Source: Amoeboradix gromovi X-113
Taxonomy: Eukaryota > Fungi > Sanchytriomycota
Length of the DNA: 19,413 bases
Direction of reading: 5' to 3'
Assembly (NCBI GenBank): GCA_018985225.1
Contig: JADGIF010000109.1
Span: forward strand, 1-19,413
Below the pieces are notes generated by a model. It saw nothing but the letters and a program-made list of their open reading frames with translations. It ran no database searches and had not been told where the DNA came from. Below are positions 1 to 7,834 of the stretch, piece after piece; within the stretch, counting starts at the first letter, position 1; each line of letters begins with the position of its first letter. The position numbers and the translations under genes were made by a program.

Positions 1-644
1 CTACTGAGCCAAGCTATTTTGAAAAAGATACTGCCAATGCATTTTCATGTTGAGAAAAGGCTTAATGGCATATTATGTGACTGAGACATCTTTCTCTGAG
101 GTCCTTGGACTTAGAGCTGGGAACATTTTCTGAAATTGGTCCCATATCGATTTATTTTAAATTGAACCAAATTGCTATCTCGTTTATCATTCAAGCAAAT
201 CTACTAGCTCTGCCAACTTTTCATCTTTTTGAGTTACATGTGTATCAAATCTTATTAGAGCTTTATAGATGAATAAAATATGCGAATATGTTTTTCTAAT
301 CTATGAAAAATTTCTCAAATTCTGTCAGTCTGATTATTTCAATTCTAAGAAATCATCGAGCGGTATCCACTTTTACATTCAAATATGATCTTAAAATGGT
401 ATCATCTTTCAATTAAAGAAAAAGAAAATTGTTAATGTGAATTACAGTATGCACTATTTTCTTGAATAAATCATTTATCGCGAATTTGTATATATTTTTG
501 TATCATTTCAAGACTTTTCCAGATTTTTCTAGTAGCTTAAACACTCGATATTCTTCCTCTTCCCAATGGTAAATCAATTCTAAAGAAATAACTAGCAGGT
601 ACAGCATACATTCGTCTCAGACTGATAAGCTGGTCCAAACATGG

Positions 645-865
645 AAATTTGATGCCATGTACAAAATATGTGGCACTCTAAAGAAAACCAATTTGGAGAG
701 CTATTCATATACATAGTGTCGTTTGGAAGTGGACATGGACCACATGGCAACAAGGAACAAATTCGATGCCATGTACGAGGTACTCTAATGAAAACCAACT
801 TAGAAACCTACACCTGTACAAAGTGTCATTTGGAGATAGATAGAGATCATATGACAGCAAGGAAC
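645..865 (+). repeat. Two tandem units (645-758 and 759-865) of the Fanzor zinc-finger/RuvC-III coding segment
   Basis: Unit 1 runs aaatttgatgccatgtac...atggcaacaaggaac and unit 2 runs aaattcgatgccatgtac...atgacagcaaggaac. They translate to CGTLKKTNLESYSYT*CRLEVDMDHMATRN and GTLMKTNLETYTCTKCHLEIDRDHMTARN. Confidence 0.85.
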
Positions 866-888
866 ATATACATCAAGTATCTGCATCC

Positions 889-1005
889 TTATTCAGTCCC
901 GCCTCAGGTTAGTGAAAGCGTGAGCGATCACTGTAACGGAGACCTAGTACCGATAGTTTCTCTGTGGAAATTCTCGATTTTGTAGGAAATCAGGACTTTT
1001 AACGA
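889..1005 (+). ncRNA. Putative Fanzor omegaRNA scaffold / element right end, copy 1
   Basis: Starts just 3' of the RuvC-III codons and overlaps the ORF tail. Contains the hairpin GTGA-GCGA-TCAC (920-931), the terminal hairpin GATTTT-GTAG-GAAATC and the end GGACTTTTAACGA. Homologous to other copies in the window. Confidence 0.65.
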
Positions 1006-1224
1006 AGAGAGACTATTGATAGGAAAGCGATTTCTTACGATGATGAAAGGTGCAGAGAATATTCGAAACAATAAACTGATCTCTTGAGAGTAGCAAGTAT
1101 GATGTAGTCGTGAATAGCCAACAATCAATCTTCAAGTAATTGAGGCCCACTAGCAATGGCAAACGTCTTGATTGGCAGAGAATAAATGGAGCAAAATATT
1201 TCGCTTACTTTTTATCTAAGTTTA

Positions 1225-2068
1225 TTAATCTGAGTTTGCTCTCTTTCTCTTTTTTGGTCGCTCCACCTCTGATTTTTTGAGTAAAAAATCCTCCTTTTCA
1301 TCAGCCGAATAACTGTACGATTTGCTTTCACCATCCGAGTCAGAAAAAGCATGGGAGACCTTTTGAATCATTCTGTCAAAAGTTTGTAAAAATGAGTTTT
1401 TTAAAGTACTTCCAAATTCTTCAACTTGTAGCTGCTTTTCTTTAAAAAATGACACATTTAATTCTTGCCTAGAGGCGCCTCTTTTCATGTTTCTCTTTAT
1501 GTATTCATCATAGTCTCTGATAATTCTAGATATCAAATCTGAAGTACTAACGCCTATGTAAACAAAAACTACCGCTAGTTCTCTCAGTTGGAAGAAATCG
1601 CCCCAACAATTTCAAATGTGCATAAACATCATCCATTCCAGCAGAGTTATAAGGCAAGTCATCATGCGCAACTAGATCAATTTTATGGAGCTTCAAAAAT
1701 TCGTCATTAATTACCCAGGGCCCTATTACCACTTCATCAACCCATTTACAGTGACGAATGGCTTCAAACCTTTCAGCTTCTGACATTACCGTTTTACCTT
1801 TATGTTCATGCGTATCCTTGTCACTGCACACCCCGACTATCAGTGTGGTATTTGGAAATGCTTTCTTCACTTGTTCTAGTTGCCTAGCATGTCCCAGGTG
1901 AAATAAGTCAAATACTCCATCAGAATAAATTCTGACAGGCCGATCTTTGGGTATTTCTATCAACTTATAAATGGCAGACGGTTTAGCAGGTTTAACCGGT
2001 GAGAAAGAACTACTTGATTTTTCGGCTGGCGTCATGTCACGCGGAGTTTGCCGCCTAAACCATTCCAT
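1225..2068 (-). CDS. PCT1: Choline-phosphate cytidylyltransferase; 2 exons, intron 1554-1572; start ATG at 2068 or 2035
   Basis: [27 protein letters not shown] (HxGH), RHCKWVDEV and AHDDLPY are present. Splicing restores [26 protein letters not shown]...LNVSF. Confidence 0.95.
1554..1572 (-). other. 19-nt spliceosomal intron GTAGTTTTTGTTTACATAG
   Basis: Removing it joins ORFs 1547-2089 and 1225-1536 in frame and restores the conserved RTxGVSTSD motif. Confidence 0.9.
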
Positions 2069-2169
2069 ATTCTTTATTCTTATAAACAATTTAGTTACAC
2101 AATTTTTAGACTTCTATATCTCTTATAGGAGCAAAGGCAATTGTGGAGATTTGTAAAAATATATTTTAT

Positions 2170-3141
2170 TCATACTAAAGGTGCAACAATGGATTGCACA
2201 TCCCCATACTCATTCACGGCTACACATGCAAAGCAGTTATCAATCTGAATACTTCCGCAACACTCTACGCAAAATCTTTCATCATTTTGTCTTTGCAATG
2301 CCATTGGTATGACGTCAATGGAATATTCCTTATCCATTTTTGTAACCAAAAAAGGGCCCTCACTTGCCTCGCTTGGATCACATCTGTAGCATATTCCTTT
2401 ATCTGTTAAGAAATAAATGAATGGATAGGAAATGAACAAATTTATAATACTTTCATTTTTTAAATAGGTGTGCACCTGCTCACTAATTTCATAAAATTGC
2501 TGCTTTTTATATGTAATTATACTTGAGCTATCACTTGTAATATATATCAAATCATCAGACACAGCGATTGAGGAGATATTTACATTTGTGTTAAAATACT
2601 CACATTTGAAGCCTTTCAACAAGACCTTGCCGAAATAACCAGAAATCGTTGCAAAATAGAGGTAGTTTTCTGAGTATCTGAATGAGTTTGCTAGCAAACT
2701 GCTGGGTAGAACAAGATTTGAAATGAAATTATAACCTTTGACATCAAGATCAAAAAACTGAATTGTAGCATCAGAGCAGCCTACACAAAGAGTGTTACCG
2801 ATAAACAGCAGAGAATTAACTAAAGGTATATCGTACTTGTCGTCATGCATTAACTGCAACTCATATGCAACTTTAAGATTTCTAGTTTCTAAAATTAGCA
2901 CCTTTCCAAAGAGGCCTATGTAAATGAAGTCACAATGATAATATATGCTGTAAAATTCTGCACTAAATACTTGAGAGGTTACAAATACGAAATCTGATCC
3001 TTCCGATTTGTTGATAATTGCCGAGTATTTGTATAAAACTGTTTCTACTTTGTTGTCTAAATTGACGGCTTGTTTGGAAACAACCAGGTGACACTTGTTA
3101 TTTTCTGGCGGAGATTGAAAAGAGGAAAAGAACTTTGACAT
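2170..3141 (-). CDS. Divergent WD40/beta-propeller-like protein, function unknown
   Basis: 323-aa ATG-initiated ORF with beta-strand repeats such as VNSLLFIGNTLCVGCSDATIQFFDL and ISSIAVSDDLIYITSD. AATAAA overlaps the stop codon. Confidence 0.65.
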   Translation of the reverse strand: MSKFFSSFQSPPENNKCHLVVSKQAVNLDNKVETVLYKYSAIINKSEGSDFVFVTSQVFSAEFYSIYYHCDFIYIGLFGKVLILETRNLKVAYELQLMHDDKYDIPLVNSLLFIGNTLCVGCSDATIQFFDLDVKGYNFISNLVLPSSLLANSFRYSENYLYFATISGYFGKVLLKGFKCEYFNTNVNISSIAVSDDLIYITSDSSSIITYKKQQFYEISEQVHTYLKNESIINLFISYPFIYFLTDKGICYRCDPSEASEGPFLVTKMDKEYSIDVIPMALQRQNDERFCVECCGSIQIDNCFACVAVNEYGDVQSIVAPLV

Positions 3142-3192
3142 AATTGTTTGGAACCGTCTCCTGATTAAATGAATATTTTACCACCTAATAAT

Positions 3193-3432
3193 TTATTGAA
3201 GCTTTGCATTACGAAGTTTTTCTACTCTTTTGCTGTTGTGATATCTTTGTTTTGCCATAACTGTCTCAAAGGCATACCCAACACAGAGGGTTCCAACAAT
3301 GCCAAGTGCATACTGTTGAGGATTTGAGAGAAGCGGCTTGTTCCGCAATCCATTGACGATTAAAGCGGAAAGAGTACCTGTAAAGCCCCATATTGCCATA
3401 GAAGTAATTTTAACTTGCGGAATATTCTCCAT
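3193..3432 (-). CDS. Probable complex I accessory subunit, NDUFC2/B14.5b-like (fungal 14-kDa type)
   Basis: 79 aa with two hydrophobic segments: [19 protein letters not shown]...VGY followed by a basic tail. Family recognised from memory of the pattern. Confidence 0.65.
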   Translation of the reverse strand: MENIPQVKITSMAIWGFTGTLSALIVNGLRNKPLLSNPQQYALGIVGTLCVGYAFETVMAKQRYHNSKRVEKLRNAKLQ

Positions 3433-3459
3433 GAGGAAACAAGGGAGTTTTGCAAAGAT

Positions 3460-3864
3460 ATGAGTGACAAATCCAATGATGAGTTAGACTACAATATGAT
3501 GGATGCACCGCCAGCAGAAACTGAAATTATTGCACCAGAGGCTGCTGCCGTGGAAGAATTTGATGGAATGCGAATAGAAGATATACTGGCATTGGTGTCT
3601 AGAGATGAGGATTCAAATGTAGAGGTAGAAAACGAAAAAACCACTACACCGTTCATGACTAAATATGAAAAAGCAAGAATACTAGGTACCAGAGCTCTGC
3701 AAATAAGTATGAATGCACCGGTGTTGGTAGATACAGCTGGAGAAACAGATCCTCTTAAAATCGCTGAAAAAGAACTGGAAGAGCGTGTAATTCCCTTAAT
3801 AATAAGAAGATACTTGCCTAATGGTGAGCATGAAGATTGGTCGGTTAAAGATTTAATTCAATAA
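3460..3864 (+). CDS. RPB6: RNA polymerase I/II/III shared subunit RPABC2
   Basis: [29 protein letters not shown]...[10 protein letters not shown]...[14 protein letters not shown]. First in-frame ATG at 3460. Confidence 0.97.
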   Translation: MSDKSNDELDYNMMDAPPAETEIIAPEAAAVEEFDGMRIEDILALVSRDEDSNVEVENEKTTTPFMTKYEKARILGTRALQISMNAPVLVDTAGETDPLKIAEKELEERVIPLIIRRYLPNGEHEDWSVKDLIQ

Positions 3865-3983
3865 AGCGACTATGGCTGTATCTTTATACTTAGTCTTAAA
3901 GACCACAGCATCCCAATTCTTTTATCCTTGAATGGTATAAAATTCCTTTATTCGTATTTCTCTTGGAATTTGGTGAAACAAAC

Positions 3984-4253
3984 ATGATTTTTATTTTTTC
4001 CGTAATCGCTCAATTTGGTAATTTCTTTGGTGGTGATTCCAATTTCCAATTCATGTTTAACGGTCAGCAGATGCACCAAGCCTGTAACAGATATCAATGC
4101 GCTACTACGAAGACCTGTGTTGATAAGCCTTCGGACTGCGGATGTCCCTCACCTAAATTGAAATGTAATTACGGAGACTGGTATTACTGTTTAGACACTA
4201 AAAAGCAATGTGAAGAAATATTAGAACAAGGTGCGCATTACCCGAGTAAATAA
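3984..4253 (+). CDS. LCL2: Long chronological lifespan protein 2-like small secreted Cys-rich protein
   Basis: Short signal peptide ending AQF, then an F/Q/G-rich segment and C..Y.C..T..CV..P..C.CP, which is the Lcl2 pattern. Confidence 0.7.
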   Translation: MIFIFSVIAQFGNFFGGDSNFQFMFNGQQMHQACNRYQCATTKTCVDKPSDCGCPSPKLKCNYGDWYYCLDTKKQCEEILEQGAHYPSK

Positions 4254-4411
4254 TTCATTAATTCTTGTGAAAATTTTGTGTCCCAAAAATTCATAGATTA
4301 TACGCAATATTCTATTTAAATTTGCTCATGAATAAGGTCTTTTAGTCTGGTGCCATAGCTTTGTAACGGATTTTGTGTGCTGTTTGAACGGACTAATTAC
4401 TTGAATTCTGC

Positions 4412-4522
4412 TCTTTTAAAGCCCTGCTTCCAGGAAGGTCAAAATTTCCACCGAGAAACTAACGATACAAGCCAATCCATTATGTGTATTCAAGCTTTAC
4501 TGCCATAAGGTAGTATCGAAAA
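4412..4522 (-). repeat. Degenerate copy of the Fanzor omegaRNA/right-end module
   Basis: The plus strand aaagccctgcttccaggaaggtcaaaatttccaccgagaaactaacgatac...tcaagctttact aligns with the reverse complement of copy 1 (aaagtcctgatttcctacaaaatcgagaatttccacagagaaactatcggtac...tcacgctttcact). Confidence 0.75.
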
Positions 4523-4789
4523 TTTATTTATGTATTTCAAAGCCTGTTTAAGAAGAGTTATGGGAAGGAGGAGTTTGCTTATTCATGGCACATGATCTAT
4601 TACAGTTAAACGACGACTTGTCAAATCTCAAACGGATTCCACGAAAATTTTAACAGCTATTTTAAGTCTAGTTCTGAAAGAGATTAAAAACCCTTTATAA
4701 AATCCGGTAAGGAATTTATGTTTTGATTTTGTCAGGTTGAAAATTTGATGCTATTTTCAAGTAACTAAAATTCAAGTAAATGGGAATGT

Positions 4790-4860
4790 TTCCAAATTGA
4801 ACGTAAGCATGGGTTATAAAAGTAGCGATAGAGACTGCAACGCATGAAAGGGTTTCAAAG
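4790..4860 (+). pseudogene. Possible additional TnpB/Fanzor RuvC-III fragment
   Basis: Translates as GYKSSDRDCNA*KG, resembling CGYxxDRDxNAAxN. Short and degenerate. Confidence 0.35.
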
Positions 4861-4913
4861 TGTTCCTTTCATTTTGTAAATAGCTTCGGGTCGCAGAACT
4901 CCGCTGAAAACAA

Positions 4914-6086
4914 ATGGAGGTTGGGTTGAAGTTATTTACAAAAGATACTGAATATTCTATTCCACCAAATTTAACAAAAGACGGCGAGACATTGCCTATT
5001 AGAGTGCCCGCTAAATTTGATAGCAACTCTTTGTCTGAAATGGTAAACCACTTGCTGCAAAATAATCAGCATTTCGACTTTTTGGTCAACGGCCAGTTTT
5101 TAAGATCAACTTTGGAAGAATATTTGGAACAGACTAAGACTAGTTCAGAACAGTTATTGGCAGTTGAATATATCTTAAGTGTCACAAAACCCACTCTTAA
5201 TAGTCAATACAGTACTGATGAGTGGATCAAATCAGTGCATTTTGTGAATGGCACGATTTTCAGTGGTAGTTTTGATGGAGTTCTGCGATCTCACGGTGTT
5301 GATTCAAAGATAGTTGCTACCCATGAAGACAGCAATATAAATGGAATATGCAACATTGATGAAGTTGTGGTTACGAGTGGCCAAAACGGTGAAATCAGGT
5401 TTTGGGATATCGAAAAACAAGCACTTTTAGGTATCGGTATAGGGCATGATTCCTCCGTTGAATCTCTAGCAGTTAAAACTCGCCAGATTGCTAGTGGAGA
5501 CTGGCAAGGTAAGCTTGTCATTCACAACCTACCCAAAAAGTTCGATAACATAGATAACACTGTTCAAAACAATAAGAAGAAGCGCAAACTTGGCTCAATT
5601 AAGGGCACGCAACCTATCATGGTTTTGAAGGACCACATTGGCTGCATATCATCGGTGCAATACAGTAGAAATCATTTATACAGCGGTGGATGGGACCACT
5701 GCGTTAGAAAGTATGACGAAGAATTTAATCTTTTAGATACATGCAAGTTCGATTCTGTCATAAACTCGCTTCATGGTGAGGATGTAATAGCTAGTGGACA
5801 CTCCGATGGCTTAGTGAGATTATTAGATCCCAAATCCGACAAGATTGTGCAGACATTTGTAAAGCAGCCAAATCAAGTAAGTTCTGTGCAACTGAACAAC
5901 AACATTATAGCATCTTCCTGCTACGATGGATGTTTGCGATTCTTCGATATAAGAAACTCCAAGTCTGTCATGTATTCCGTTCAGGTGGCCAAAGGAAAGA
6001 AATTATTTGATATGAAATGGTCTGGAAGTAAGATAGCTGTAGCTGGAGAATGTGCAGATATTTATTTAATAGACGCCCCACAATAA
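4914..6086 (+). CDS. YTM1: Ribosome biogenesis protein Ytm1/WDR12
   Basis: N-terminal NLE domain (LSEMVNHLL..FDFLVNGQFLRSTL..E..L.VEY) followed by WD40 repeats (DEWIKSV, GHDSSVESL, YSGGWDHCVR, SGHSDGLVRLLDPK). Confidence 0.92.
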   Translation: MEVGLKLFTKDTEYSIPPNLTKDGETLPIRVPAKFDSNSLSEMVNHLLQNNQHFDFLVNGQFLRSTLEEYLEQTKTSSEQLLAVEYILSVTKPTLNSQYSTDEWIKSVHFVNGTIFSGSFDGVLRSHGVDSKIVATHEDSNINGICNIDEVVVTSGQNGEIRFWDIEKQALLGIGIGHDSSVESLAVKTRQIASGDWQGKLVIHNLPKKFDNIDNTVQNNKKKRKLGSIKGTQPIMVLKDHIGCISSVQYSRNHLYSGGWDHCVRKYDEEFNLLDTCKFDSVINSLHGEDVIASGHSDGLVRLLDPKSDKIVQTFVKQPNQVSSVQLNNNIIASSCYDGCLRFFDIRNSKSVMYSVQVAKGKKLFDMKWSGSKIAVAGECADIYLIDAPQ

Positions 6087-6323
6087 ACTATTTAACTACT
6101 TAAAGATGCTGCCAATAGCCTTCAAATACAGTCCCCAATGCGAATCCTACTGACGCGCATTTAATATAGAATACTTTTGATGGTGGCTTGCTGACTACTT
6201 TCAATTTTTGATAAAATCTGCAATAACTCATTTTGTAGTGTTTAGCCCCGTCCACACCTACCTCTAAAACGTTTCTATTTTAATTTAATAAATCATTTGT
6301 AATGATTTACAGCAAGTCTTGAG

Positions 6324-6362
6324 AAAATTCTTGGTTTTCTAGGACACAAGATTTATTAATGA
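6324..6362 (+). repeat. Short degenerate 3' fragment of the Fanzor right-end module
   Basis: aaattcttggttttctaggacacaagatttattaatga versus copy 1 aaattctcgattttgtaggaaatcaggacttttaacga. Retains a TCTTG/CAAGA stem. Confidence 0.55.
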
Positions 6363-6388
6363 GTTTTTATAAAATAAAATTAATAGTT

Positions 6389-6880
6389 TTATTCTTCGTT
6401 TATCTCACTGCTTTCCGTATTCTTTTTAAAAGAATATCCTCTGGATGGGTGGAAATGTATCTCATCTTCTAATGTTTCAAACACGCTGTCCAGCTTAAAC
6501 ATGGATTGCATCGTCCGCGTTCTAAATATGTCCGCACAAGACGGGCTGGAAAACACGCTGCCTTCTGAAATGTATGCAACGTTCATAGGGTAAATTACAT
6601 CTTTGTTTTCTCTATATTGCTTTTGTACAATGAACAAATCTTCTAAATGATGGGTCAAATTATATTGCACTCCAGGCGTAGATTTCAGATAGGATTCCAG
6701 AGAAGTTACTATATCTAGGTTTTTTATCTGTGAATTATAAACTGCGTTTGAAGAACTTGAGTCCCATATGTGTTCTGCTTCACTTATATATTCCAAACAA
6801 TTGTCTTTGTTTAGTCCAAATCTATTTATAAAGTTTGGATTCTTCCATTCTATACTTTTGTTGGTCTTTTGATCTTCCAT
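6389..6880 (-). CDS. MED6: Mediator subunit Med6
   Basis: IEWKNP.FI...GLN.DN.LEY.S...WD.SS.N, GVQY.L, LFIVQKQ.R, YI..G.V..SP....IF..R. This is the Med6 pattern. Confidence 0.88.
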   Translation of the reverse strand: MEDQKTNKSIEWKNPNFINRFGLNKDNCLEYISEAEHIWDSSSSNAVYNSQIKNLDIVTSLESYLKSTPGVQYNLTHHLEDLFIVQKQYRENKDVIYPMNVAYISEGSVFSSPSCADIFRTRTMQSMFKLDSVFETLEDEIHFHPSRGYSFKKNTESSEINEE

Positions 6881-6923
6881 AAGTTTGAAAAATGACTCTC
6901 GAGCTCCTTATTAATTTTCCTCT

Positions 6924-7040
6924 TCGTTAAAAGTCTGATTTCCGAGAAAATCGAGAATCTCCACAGAGAAACTAGCAATGCTAGATGCTCAGTTACAGTG
7001 ATTGCTCACGCTCTGACTACCCTGAGGCGGGATTGAATAA
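6924..7040 (-). ncRNA. Putative Fanzor omegaRNA scaffold / right end, copy 2
   Basis: Contains GTGA-GCAA-TCAC (6998-7009), CTAGC-ATT-GCTAG, GATTTT-CTCG-GAAATC and the end AGACTTTTAACGA. Confidence 0.65.
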
Positions 7041-7400
7041 TGATACATATACTTGTGTATATTCCTTGCTGCCACATACTCTCTATTGTCGCATATTCGG
7101 TAGACCAATCACAGATGAATTATTAAATAAATGGTTTACAGGTTTACTTATGGTTGATATCTTTCTGGGCATTGAAAGACATCTAATTCTTCCATGTTTG
7201 GACCAGCTTATCGGTCTGAGATGAATGTATGCTGTACCTGCTAGTTATTTCTTTAGAATTGACATATTCAGGATTACATCTATTTATTCCATTTACCATT
7301 TGCGAATAGGAAGAATATCGAGTATTTGAGCTACTGGAAAAGCCATGCAACAATATAAAAATGCATACAGGTTCTCAATAATTGATTTATTCAAGAAAAC
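6924..7400 (-). mobile_element. Internally deleted Fanzor2/TnpB-like element, copy 2
   Basis: Inverted homolog of copy 1, with 7190-7262 matching 574-646 at 71/73 nt. Fragments translate as DINHK..VNHLFNNSSVIGLPNM (~7161-7092) and NREYVAARNIHKY (from ~7087). Confidence 0.85.
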
Positions 7401-7402
7401 AA

Positions 7403-7560
7403 TCGAGCTGTTTTCTAAGAAAGTTACGAGATTCCATTGGGAAACTAGCAATGCTAGTCTCGCAATCGCAGAGGTGGCTCAACTTCTACTTTATTGAGGT
7501 GGTTCCTAACTTCTGTAGGATTTATCAACTTGTAATAATCACTTCACAATGTCTTTAATA
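7403..7560 (-). mobile_element. Divergent Fanzor fragment with partial right-end module, abutting copy 2
   Basis: The minus strand gagactagcattgctagtttcccaatggaatctcgtaactttcttagaaaacagctcga shares the exact 17-mer ctagcattgctagtttc with copy 2. Upstream it translates CEVII / QVDKSYRS*, similar to VDESYTSK. Confidence 0.6.
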
Positions 7561-7619
7561 TATCCTCTTTACTCATCGGATGAGAATCTCATTTACGGGA
7601 TGACTTCTATGAGTAACAT

Positions 7620-7810
7620 GAGGAAATATCAAGTGATTATCGAATATGTTCAATATGTACTGGAATCAGTTTCCTGGAGTGAGGAGGGATACCATAGGTC
7701 CTGCCAAACAGGGTGCTCTGTATCAACTAGTGACAACTTAGGTTTTAAATGTTCTGGCCGTGGTTTAGTGATATTTGTCAGGTAAGAAATTGCTACTTAG
7801 AGGTTGCCTG
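7620..7810 (+). pseudogene. Possible highly degenerate TnpB/Fanzor C-terminal fragment on the opposite strand
   Basis: SEEGYHRSCQTGCS...GFKCSGRGLVIFVR*EIAT resembles ExYTSxxCxxCG...FKCxxCGLxIDRDxxAA in order and spacing. Confidence 0.35.
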
Positions 7811-7834
7811 AATTTAAATAAAGTATTATAATAT

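Larger units (their letters stand above)
340..1005 (+). mobile_element. Degenerate Fanzor2/TnpB-like element, copy 1 (pseudogene plus right end)
   Basis: The C-terminal part of ORF 668-985 reads TYTCTKCHLEIDRDHMTARNIYIKYL, matching the TnpB/Fanzor zinc finger and RuvC-III motif (CxxC..DRDxxAARNI). Upstream, frameshifted SMPCT..CG motifs are present. Positions ~457-646 and ~855-1005 are homologous to the reverse complement of ~6924-7400. Multiple stops and frameshifts. The left boundary is uncertain. Confidence 0.85.

Noticed and set aside
1-300. Possible coding remnant at the window start
   Set aside because: The frames examined are interrupted by stops and show no recognisable motif.
1030-1165. 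Possible extra Fanzor traces (KGAENI-like peptide; actagcaatg at 1149-1158)
   Set aside because: The matches are too short to align confidently with the module or the protein.
4401-4414. The flank of the 4412 module (agagcagaattcaa on the minus strand) matches AFG3 CDS 11958-11971 at 14/14, suggesting a guide-target pair
   Set aside because: Short match found post hoc. It overlaps the degenerate module end and does not extend, so chance cannot be excluded.
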